This document shows, piece after piece, positions 1 to 9,299 of a stretch of 64,000 nucleotides of DNA. The translations under genes were made by a program, and so were the position numbers. Source of the stretch: Amoebophrya sp. A120 (taxonomy: Eukaryota > Protista > Dinoflagellata). The notes under the pieces are model-generated. The model ran no database searches and had not been told where the DNA came from. It saw only the letters and a program-made list of their open reading frames with translations. How positions within the stretch are numbered: position 1 is the first letter of the stretch; the number at the start of each line of letters is the position of its first letter. Where the stretch lies: contig CAJINV010000001.1 in assembly GCA_905178155.1 (NCBI GenBank), forward strand, positions 4,302,233 through 4,366,232, written 5' to 3'.

Positions 1-3000
1 GGAGCTCCTTGCTTGTAGTTCCCGCCAGAAGACGACGAAGTAGAGGCCGCAGTTCTACTCTTAGTACCCGCATGATTGCTGCTAGCGGCTGGCTGCTCCT
101 TCTCTACTTTTTGCTGCGTTTTCAAGTACACACAGAAACGCTCGTACTCTCGCATCCACGCGGATACGAGGTGGTGCAAGACCACGCCGGGCCGCGCGAT
201 CGCATCCGTCTGCGCTTTCACGACGAATTCTAGCAAGCCGATGAGGTACGCAAACTCAAACTGGGTCATTCCGCATTTATCATTCGAGTCTAGCGGATCG
301 TACCAGTTTCGGTCATAGACGGCGTGCAGTTCCAACCGCGAAGCTGACGGCCCGTCGTGATAATTTGCATGTAGAATGTAACTAGCACCCAGTGGGCGAA
401 TCGCGTCCTCTTCCTCTGCTTGCTTCGCCTGCTCGCAGTCGGTTTTCGCATCCCGTTCCGCTTCCGCTTCTAGCTCTTCCTCCGTGAACTGCCCAGACTT
501 TACACGCTTCGCGTGGCGTTTCTGAGATTCCTTCTCTCTCATCTTGATCTCCCATCCCCAGGGGAAGCAATGTTCGCGGTCTGCCACTTCTTGCAAAATC
601 TGGCCCAAATGGCTCTCCTTTCCAAAAGACAGCTCAGTCTTGCCCGCCGGAACCAGACACTGCACCCGGGAGAGCCAATACAGCTGATCCACGCCTATGT
701 CGTCGCCGAGCCAGCCAGTCTTCACGTCGCTGAATTCGGTGCGCTTCGACAAGCCGCTCAGAAAGTATTGCTTTTGCGTTGGCATGGTGTCCAAATGTCC
801 GTGGTTGTGGTCCACGCGAGCGACATCAGAAAGCAAGTATTGGACCAGGTCGATGCTGCGGTATCGTGTGCCCATCATGACATTACTGGGCAATAGCGCC
901 CGCTGCAGCAACGCTCCCTCCGCAATTTGCAGCTTCGGCTGCTCCAGTGGAGGTGGTGGACGACTACTCTTTTTGTCGTGATCCGGGTTTGGACGTGTCG
1001 GCGCCGCCCGAATGCCTAAACTACTGGACCTGTAATGTGGTTTTGGTTTGGGATTAATATTCTATACGATTTGGTCCTGTGTGGTTGTATTAGCACCAGA
1101 AAATCATTGCCAACCAGTACCTAGTGCATACTGTTTCTTTATCTTCATACGAATATGAATCTTCAGGACTATCAATTGGATGTAGGTTAATTCGCCAGTG
1201 GATACTGCAAAGATCCGTCCGGGTGAACTATGCTGTAAAAGAATCTCATCATCTTCTAACTCATGTAGAGGTGAGCCCGAGCGCCTCTTCAGGCAGCTTC
1301 GCGACGAAACTATTGCACTTTGAAGTTTTGTCAGGACTATCAATTGGATTTGGTTGTCTCGCCAGCCAGCCCTGTGAGGACCTGTCCGGGTGAACTATGC
1401 TATGAGTCTCATCATGATGGCATCTGCGCTCTCTTATGTGTGCCTGGTCAGTTGGAATTCTTGGATATTAATTTTCGGCTGGCACCCTATCCGCAGTGCA
1501 GCAGACAGTACAGCACGAGCTGAGATATTATCATCCTTGCAGGCACAAGCAACACGCTTCCCCTTCTAAGCCACAGAAAAAATCCCTGGGGGGGTAGCCA
1601 GAATAGCTGTGCTAAACACAGCATTCGGGCAAAAACCTGATATGAGAAAAAGAAATCAGCCTGCAATTCCAAGCGGATACACATGCAGCACGTAAAAGTA
1701 GAAGAAAAAAGTACAAGAATCTTGCCGCCGTGACGAGCTGTTCTCCCGCTCTGGCCCGAAAGTCCTCCTGGGTGAAGCAGCCAACTACTTTCTGCCTCAG
1801 GCTCGGATGCCGGGCCATGACTTGCTTCAGGCTGTCGCCGATTACGTCGCACCACCGGCGCCCGTTCAGGGAAAAATTGATGCTGATCGAAGGTTCCTCC
1901 GACACTGTGAAAACCTTGTGCCACATCCCACTGGGGAAGTACATAATGTCCCCAGGGAACAGATCGATGACGTCACAGCTCTCTTCCAGCGGTTCATCCT
2001 CCGGGCGGTAGTCAGTCGCGCTTTCGCCATACGGCGGCTGCAAATCTTTGTTCTTTCGTGCCTGCGCCGACCGCGGATCGCACCGGCCCCGAACTTTTCC
2101 AAACAAATCCTCAGTCGCGTACCGTTCCTTCTGGATCTGCTTCTTGGCGGCGGGATCATTCGCTGGGTCCGCACTGTCCTTATTGCCTCGTGCGGAAGAC
2201 GGGCCACGAGCGCGAGACATCCGCAGAGCTCGTTCCATCTCAGAGTCGGAGGTGGAAGCATCATCGGGGTGGTAAAAGTCTTGCTGCAGATCAAAATCTT
2301 CCGACTGCGTGCGCCAACTTCCGCGCCGTGGGTTGTAAACGGTGACCGTTGCACCTTCACCACCGCCACATCCAAGCCTGCTACATTGTGCGGGATGAGC
2401 ATTTCCTGCCCAGTCTTCGTAGTCATGCCCTTTGGAACTCAGCAATGCATCCCCGGCGGTCTGATGGACCAAATTGTGCTTGAGTTCGTTTTCGCGGGTC
2501 GCGTCACCCTTTTCGACGTCGTAGTGCGGGGTAATGCCTAAGATCGGCTCCTGCACGCGGCCCTTGCGGATGTACCATCGCTTCACTCCCTGCAGCTGAA
2601 TCGTGAAATTTTCTTGAAAATCCTGGTGCCAATCGGTAATGTGCCCCTTCTTGGAAATGAAGGTTTCGATCTCGCAGCTTCGCGTTTGCTTCAGTTCGTT
2701 TTGCAACGACCGAGACCATGTGGGCGTTTCAGTATCGAACTCCATCCCAGAATCTTCATCTTCGGATAGTAGTTGCTCTGCTCGCGCCTTTTTCGCAGCA
2801 GCCTTGCTTTTCGCTCGCCCACGGGCCGGACCACCGCGTCCACCAGCATTCGACGCATCCTCTTCGGCGTCGTCCATCTTCACGTCTTCGTCGACACGTT
2901 CCTTGATGGCGTCTTGCTCCTCACCGTCACCCGCATCGCTTTGAGATTCTTCTTTTTCCTTTTTCTTCTTTTTGGCTTGTTGCTTCTTCTTCGCCGCTGG

Positions 3001-5560
3001 CTTTTTTTGCTTGCTCGAAGTCAGAGTGGTTTTCCCTTGCTCTGCAGCCTCTTCGTCACTGTCTTCATCTTCTTCCGATTCCATATCTATCTCGGAGTCC
3101 TCTTCGCCGCTCTGCCATTTTTCCGGAATTTCTGCCTGCTCGTCAGGCTCGCCGATGTTTTCAAAAAATCCTGCAAAATCGAAGCCGAGCTCCTTCATAA
3201 AGGCAGGCAAAGCCTTCTGCTCCAGCAGTTCTGGAGCGCGGAAGTACAAGGCGCTAGCATTCGGCAATCGGCGGAACAAATCAAGTGCCTCCCGCGGATT
3301 TTCGAATTTTCGCGAAAAGAGTGGAAGCCTCTGCTTCTGAGGTTCAGCAGACAATTCGGGACCATTTTCGGCCTGGTGCCTCCGTTCAACATACCCCACA
3401 GCTACCGCTTCCTCGTAAGAAGTCTTGTGTATCGGTGGTTCTTCGGAGGACGATTCTTCAGAGTAGCTGCGGACACGCTTATTCGTGCCGGATGACGTAG
3501 TGGCATTGTTTGCTTTTGCAGCGATAGAAGAAGTTGGATCGGACTCTTTCTTCAGTGCTCTCTTTTTTGCCACCTCTTCCAATCGATCGCATTCGGCCTG
3601 AACTTCGGCCTCGACATCGTTCAAATACCTGCGCAGAGCCCCGGTGCTGCTATGGAGTTCTCAAGTGTTACATTCTCAACTGTTACATGGATTTGTAATG
3701 CAAGACTGGCGAAATTGGAAGGAGGAAGATTGCGCCTCTTGCATTACAAGTTTGGCGCAGATTTAGATGCTGTCTAGCCCTCCCGAAATTTGTCATGCGA
3801 AGCAGCTAGATCATCTGCCGCCCTAAGGTGCTTTTGCATGACAAATCCATGTAACAGTTGAGAATGTAACGTTTGAGAACGCCATAGCTGCTGAGTAAAG
3901 GCTTCAGGGAATCCTTTTTTTGTGTCGTCGCCGAATTTTCCAGATTCGGGTCCATCCAAACAAATACTTCCTGCTCACCACGGCTATTCTCAGGCGTATT
4001 TTGCACCAACGCTTCAATATCCAGATTATACAGGTAGTTCTCCACCAGCGCGTGGTACCGCTCCATGAAGCGCTTCACTTCCATGCGCCTCTTCACGCCA
4101 GCTTGCGTCTCGTCGAAGTTCGGGCCATATAGTAGGCGCCTCCTGGACATGCCCTCGACCTCCATGTCCTCATCCGAATTAATTTCCTCGCTACAACTTT
4201 TGTCGCCACCCATTTCGTCGTCTTTCGTGCTGCCTTCCTCGCTTCCGTCGCCGCTTTTCTCGTCCATCTTGGAAGCGGACTTCTCTTCTCCTGAATTGTG
4301 ACCTTCAGGAAGACCATCGTCTTCCCTGTATGCCGACATTAAGGCCTGTAGGAGCTGCGGCGGGACTTGACCCAGCCGTCGCTCTGCTTCCTGAAACCTC
4401 GCGAAATCAAGGGGCACGTAGCTCGCCAGAGTGAATCCACTGCTGAACCGCGCATTCCATACCTGAAATTCGTCCGCTTTCGTCGCATTTTCCAGATCCC
4501 GGGGGATCGCGACAAAGTGGTCGGGAAACGCAGCTTTTGGCAAGTCCGGTCTCAGGCTGCTGTGCTTCGCCTTCGCGAGCGTTTGTACAGAAGACTTGAA
4601 AACCTCGCCGGCCCACAATTTTAACTTTTCTTTCGAGGTTGTAGAACTGGACTTATTCGCAAAAGTCATCGCATCTTCCAAAACCGGGGCTGAGTGTGAC
4701 AAATGGACCCGACTGTGCGCAGCAATCGGATTGTTGCGGATGACGAGAGCCTGCTGCGCCCAGATGCTCTCGAGAAAATCCTGGCGAAGATTCACCGGGA
4801 AAGCCAGGTTCTCCACAAACTGCTCATCGAGGTCGGGATCGACAGGATACAGGTCGCCGTCCTCGTCTTCATTCTCCTCATCTGAGGAACTACTACCCGG
4901 GAAGTCTTCTTCATCTTCTCCACCCTCCAGGTTGTCGCCGTGTTTTCCTTTTTTCGTTGTCAGCGAGCCGCTTGTTTTCATGTTCTTGTCCTTTGTGCCT
5001 TTTTTCGCCCCCTTCTTGCCTTTCTTGCCCCGGCCTTTGCCTTTCTGTTTCTTCATACTATTTTTGCCCGTTTCAACACGTTCCGAGTCCTCTTCTTGGT
5101 CGGATGACGCGGAGTCTGAGTCGGAAGCTGAGTTTTCGTCGTCCTCGGGTGAAAGTAATGCGTCTGCCTCAGCATCCTTTTCCTCAGCTTTCTTCCCCAC
5201 AGGCGCGTCCTCCTCGTTTTCGGTTTTCTTCGCGTTTTTCCCCGCTCCTGCCTTGTCCCTGCGTTTCCGCTGTGCCTGTTTCGCTTTTCGTACGGCGGTC
5301 GGGTTGAAATACGGAACCAGAATACCGTTCCGGAACACGCGGCAATATTTTTGCAGTGATGGCTGTCGGGAGCGGAACGTGTTCGGGGTAATTTTGCTCC
5401 CGATCGTGTTCTCCCGAATTACTGCCATTTTTACGGACGTGATGTTGACCTTCTCCTTGACGACTTGCTGCATCTTCTGTTGATCAGCCACAGCAAGTTT
5501 GTCAGCCTTCTTCATGCTCTTCATCACGCCTTTTGCTTTTACGCCGGTACTGCCCTTCAT
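1..5560 (-). CDS. JmjC/cupin 2-oxoglutarate oxygenase (ROXA/NO66/cupin_4-like) with long K/D/E-rich extensions; 3' end runs off the window
   Basis: Exons 5560-3887, 3645-1715 and 1029-<1 join in frame (..KPLLSS|TGALRRYLND..; ..AARFL|SSSLGIRA..). Motifs ITDWHQDFQENFTIQLQGVKRW (HxD) and PGDIMYFPSGMWHKV (distal His). Intron 1030-1714 is GT-AG; the other intron is a TIR element. Confidence 0.8.
1158..1257 (-). ncRNA. C/D-box snoRNA, copy A (dual guide)
   Basis: Minus strand: box C ATGATGA (1252-1246), guide AGCATAGTTCACC, D'-like CGGA, hairpin, C'-like TGGCGA, guide ATCCAATTGATAGTC, box D CTGA (1166-1163). Intronic, same strand as host gene. Confidence 0.8.
1327..1419 (-). ncRNA. C/D-box snoRNA, copy B (paralog of copy A)
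   Basis: Box C ATGATGA (1415-1409) and box D CTGA (1334-1331). Both guides and the D'/C' boxes match copy A while the spacers have diverged. Confidence 0.8.
1439..1547 (-). ncRNA. Probable third C/D-box snoRNA
   Basis: 8-bp terminal stem TGTGCCTG/CAGGCACA (1439-1446, 1540-1547), box C-like ATGATAA (1534-1528), box D CTGA (1451-1448) preceded by ATCCAAGAATT, complementary to the conserved SSU rRNA AATTCTTGGAT as I recall it. Confidence 0.6.
3651..3886. mobile_element. TIR element / introner in the JmjC gene (236 bp)
   Basis: ~50-bp imperfect TIR TATGGAGTTCTCAAGTGTTACATTCTCAACTGTTACATGGATTTGTAATGC; TSD GCTGC at 3646-3650 and 3887-3891; removal restores the frame. Confidence 0.9.
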
Positions 5561-6361
5561 TTTGATGATTTTCGAGAGGTCTTAGTTGTCTTCTTGGATG
5601 ATCAATAAATATCAAATTGCCACCTTTGAAGGGATTCAAAGAAAGCGCAAACAAGGTTCTAGACCTAATAGCCAGTCCAGTTTGGATTGCTATTGCAATG
5701 AATTCCTATGTATGTGGCGAAAAACAGATTGAAAACCAGTGTGGTTTCTTCTACTTTCTTCTGCCTGACGTTGCGCACTTGTAAACATTCATTCACGTAG
5801 CTTGTAGACCTTCATTTAGATTTTCGCAGGAGCATTCGTCATATTGAACGAGAAGATGATCAAAAGGTTATCAATTCTGAGCCGACTGACGTTTCAACGC
5901 TCTTTTTTTTATGAAGAAGATCAAGTAAGTTGTCCAGCATCATGCACTGAGATCTGTCGACAATTTCTCAGACCATCTGATCATCTTCCTTTTTCCATGA
6001 AGATCAAGCAAGAGCTCAGGTAGATCGGTCCACAAATCAATTTGATCTGGATCGTTATTTCGAACGAGTTTCTGAAGAATGATCCGACAAACTCAACACA
6101 CGTGCTTCAAAAACAAAGCCGTCGCCGTGCGAAATCTTTCTCTGCAATCAACTAGGCTGTGAAATGTACAAAATAATTCTTCGCTTTCTTGAATCGCGCA
6201 TGATTGATTCTTAACTGCTGTTGTCGTAGTCGCTTGGTTTTTACAAGGAATGGAAATCGATGTGGAAATCTGCTGTAAGCAAGATAACGAAGCCGAGGAC
6301 TCGCAGTTGTTGTGCGCGCAACCGCTAAAGAACGCCAAGGACGAGGACATGGCCGACCTTC

Positions 6362-8890
6362 TCAATTAATGTCCGAATCTTCATCTCCCTCCTTTCCGTC
6401 GCCGGCGGTGTCAGTCCTCCTGCCATCCGTCGCAAACTGGCTGCAAATCTCATCCGCAAGCTCACCGTAGGAAAGTGACCTCAATTCTCGTACTGCCTCG
6501 CGAATGTTTCCCACCTGATGCCGAAAGAGGAAGTTTTTCGTAAACGCAACCGAAGGTCTTAGGTTGTGTGTCGTATGCCAGGTGTTTGCCGGCAGGAAAA
6601 TAGCGTCGCCCTCTTTCTGTAGGCAATAGAAAACCTCACGCGGCGCTATATTTCCCTGGGCTGGCGCTGCTTCACTGTCGAACTGAAAAGGGCACCAGTT
6701 TTTCGCAAACAGCCACAGCTTTGGTCCGCCGGCCATCAGGAGGTTCCAGGCCGACGTCTGATAGGGGTCGCAGTGCCAGGAAAACCCAGGACCGGTGGGG
6801 CAGACGAGGACCCAGGCGTTGTCCACGATCATGTTGTCCTCGGAGGAATTACTTTTTGTTTTGTTTGCTTTTTTCGCCTCTGCACTTTTTCTCCGTCGAA
6901 CGGCTTCCAGTGCCGAATCAAGAATATCGGCAGCCTCAGCCTTGGCCCACGTGACGTCGCTCAAGGTTAGTCCCAGCGCTCGTAGCATCTTTTCTGTGTT
7001 TGCGTCCCATACGAAAGAGGCGGATGGATTTTTCCCTTTCCGCTTAGTGTCTCCAGAGCTATCCCGAGGTGCAGTTCCTCGCTGCAGAGACTTTGCAAAG
7101 TGGTCCGTGAGAAACAACGCCGAAAGTGTCGGACTGTCAGCAACGCCATCCGATTTTGTTTGTTTCGCGATACTAGGCATCACGAGGTGCTTTTCTGCAA
7201 AAGCACCAAGTGTCATTTTGTCGTTGACCACCTGCTCCGAATCTGCGTCAAACACATCAACACATGTGGCGCTGTGAGTAATTGGGTCGGCTGCCTCGCA
7301 TGGTAGGAGCGTACCAATTGGCTGCGCTAAGTCAAAACTTCGGGTCGTGTCGTCTCTGATTCCGCCCACCTGACGGTGCTGTCTGAAGAAGTCCCTGACC
7401 AGCACGACTTCTCCCTGCTGTGAAACCAAGCTCCTTGCAGAAAACTCCTGGTACGTACTTGCTTGGACCTCGGTGAACGTCACATTATCATGCGCATCAT
7501 CCTCAGACATCTTGCCGTGCTTGCTTATGCCAGCACCAGCCTCGCGGCTATTTGAGGGTAACACCAGCATCTCCCGTACCCGTTCAATCGTAGACATAGC
7601 CGCTGGAAGATCTGGCCGAATCTCGCCCAGCTGGATTATGAGGTTCTCTCGAAAGGCTAAGGCTCGCAATTTCCCTTGTTTCTCAGAGGTACATCTAGAC
7701 GTGCAGTCCTGCAAAAGCCGCTGCACAGCACTCCGTGGGTGCTTATTTCCCGCAAGTAAACCCGGAACCCAATCGTCAGCGGCCATGATGCCGTCTTTTC
7801 GTGTCGATAAAGGACAACCACTATCGTTGGGCTGTTCGATCTTTAGATCTTCCGGATCCGGTCGCTCGTTTCGGATCGCATCAAAAATCCTGCTTCGCCG
7901 CAAGAGGATTTCGGTGGGCGCAAGTAGTTTCCCTGCGCCGGTGGGTGTCACAAGATAGGCGTGGAGACAGGAACTGAAAACAGGTGTGAGAAAGTCGTCA
8001 TCGTTGAAACCATCAACTTCATCGCCGTCATTACCGTCGTTGAACGAAAGACCCTTGGAATTTCTTCCAAGTTTATTCGCGCCGGCCCAAAGCTCGTTTC
8101 TTCCAACGTACACGAAATCGACAGGAGTGGCAGTAGTAGCAGTTGTGTACGTTCGTCGATTTAATGCCGCACTTAGCAGCTCGCTCGATTTCTGCTCTAC
8201 CAGTCGGAGCTTGCGAACCCATTCGTCCACGACCAACTCTGGATTTTCAAACACGACCGGATTGCACGTCATCGGCGCCGCGTCGTCTTCTAGAATAAGC
8301 CAATATTCCTTTTGTAGAAGGCGAGACTCTCCCAACAGTGGCAGGTGGCTTTCTTCACCAGAAGTGGTCCTCCGCTCGCCCATTTCAGTGCCTTCGATTC
8401 TGCGTCTTTTGCTGTTGCTACCACTAGCAGTATCTGAATCCGCCCACGGCTCGTGAGAAGAGGAAGACGACGAAGAACTAGAAGCACTAACGGCGGGTCC
8501 ACTTGATGTAGTAGTTGAAGAGCCAACCACTACCTCACGCCATGCTTGCGCGTGACTTAAAAAACATCCAACTTCAGCCCTTGTCGTCGTTCTGCCATAG
8601 TACCGAGCAAGCTCGGGCGTTCGCTTGAGGCCGAAATCTTGTATCCAAGCCCTTTCCGTTTCCTTCATCCCCGCGTCTGTCTCGCCCGCAAGTCGCGTGT
8701 AGCGGTTTGTTTCTAGTGACTCGGCGTGGAACCCATTGAGCCACTTGATTGGAATCTGGAGCGAGGCTGCGGCTTTTCCTAGCGTTTTCTCCTGCCATTC
8801 CCGCCGGTCGACACGCTCAGGGATGTTCAGCACCAGAATACCGGCCAGTCCGGTGCACTGTTGCTGAGGCCTCTGCGTCGTATCAGTCAT
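6362..8890 (-). CDS. Glycosyltransferase family 25 - JmjC hydroxylase fusion protein (842 aa, intronless)
   Basis: N-terminal GT25 motifs VLNIPERVDRR, AEVGCFLSHAQAW, LILEDDA, HAYLVTPTGAGKLL, AADDW. C-terminal JMJD6-like motifs FSWHCDPYQTSAWNLLMAGGPKLW and QKEGDAIFLPANTWHTTHNLRPSVAFTKNF. Confidence 0.8.
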   Translation of the reverse strand: MTDTTQRPQQQCTGLAGILVLNIPERVDRREWQEKTLGKAAASLQIPIKWLNGFHAESLETNRYTRLAGETDAGMKETERAWIQDFGLKRTPELARYYGRTTTRAEVGCFLSHAQAWREVVVGSSTTTSSGPAVSASSSSSSSSSHEPWADSDTASGSNSKRRRIEGTEMGERRTTSGEESHLPLLGESRLLQKEYWLILEDDAAPMTCNPVVFENPELVVDEWVRKLRLVEQKSSELLSAALNRRTYTTATTATPVDFVYVGRNELWAGANKLGRNSKGLSFNDGNDGDEVDGFNDDDFLTPVFSSCLHAYLVTPTGAGKLLAPTEILLRRSRIFDAIRNERPDPEDLKIEQPNDSGCPLSTRKDGIMAADDWVPGLLAGNKHPRSAVQRLLQDCTSRCTSEKQGKLRALAFRENLIIQLGEIRPDLPAAMSTIERVREMLVLPSNSREAGAGISKHGKMSEDDAHDNVTFTEVQASTYQEFSARSLVSQQGEVVLVRDFFRQHRQVGGIRDDTTRSFDLAQPIGTLLPCEAADPITHSATCVDVFDADSEQVVNDKMTLGAFAEKHLVMPSIAKQTKSDGVADSPTLSALFLTDHFAKSLQRGTAPRDSSGDTKRKGKNPSASFVWDANTEKMLRALGLTLSDVTWAKAEAADILDSALEAVRRRKSAEAKKANKTKSNSSEDNMIVDNAWVLVCPTGPGFSWHCDPYQTSAWNLLMAGGPKLWLFAKNWCPFQFDSEAAPAQGNIAPREVFYCLQKEGDAIFLPANTWHTTHNLRPSVAFTKNFLFRHQVGNIREAVRELRSLSYGELADEICSQFATDGRRTDTAGDGKEGDEDSDIN

Positions 8891-9299
8891 GGCCTTTGAG
8901 TACTTTGTATTTCAAGAATCTTTTGTTCTCGCTTCGATATCATGAACAAGTGGGGAGGGGGGTACGTTTGTGGAATGAAAACGGGTCAGTGAGGTCCTGG
9001 TAGCGATTTTTTTTTCTTTGCGAGAATATTAGCTATGGCTCGACATAAAAAGTAGCTATCTACAGCTATTACGAAGCGAAAGCGTGAAATAAATAGCTGG
9101 TCCTCCGAGTCCGTGTTCTGATAATTTCACATCTACTGTGCAAAAGTATTTCTTGAGCGATCTAGAAGTCCAGGTACTCAGAAGGATCTTCCACCTGTGA
9201 AGATCGTGCTTCAATTCTGAGGTTGGTCGCCGCCTAGTAGCCTCGTGATCTCGAAAGAACACTTGACGCAATCACGACTGCGCGTTGCAGAGACAGAAA

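Noticed and set aside
1006-1630. 10-bp inverted repeat GCCCGAATGC near the ends of the snoRNA intron
   Set aside because: No TAT...ATA termini or TSD; a GT-AG join already restores the frame.
3629-3818. Possible GC-AG intron joining the two JmjC ORFs
   Set aside because: It is in frame, but it would leave one TIR arm in the exon; the TIR/TSD element 3651-3886 explains the break better. Only cDNA can fully exclude it.
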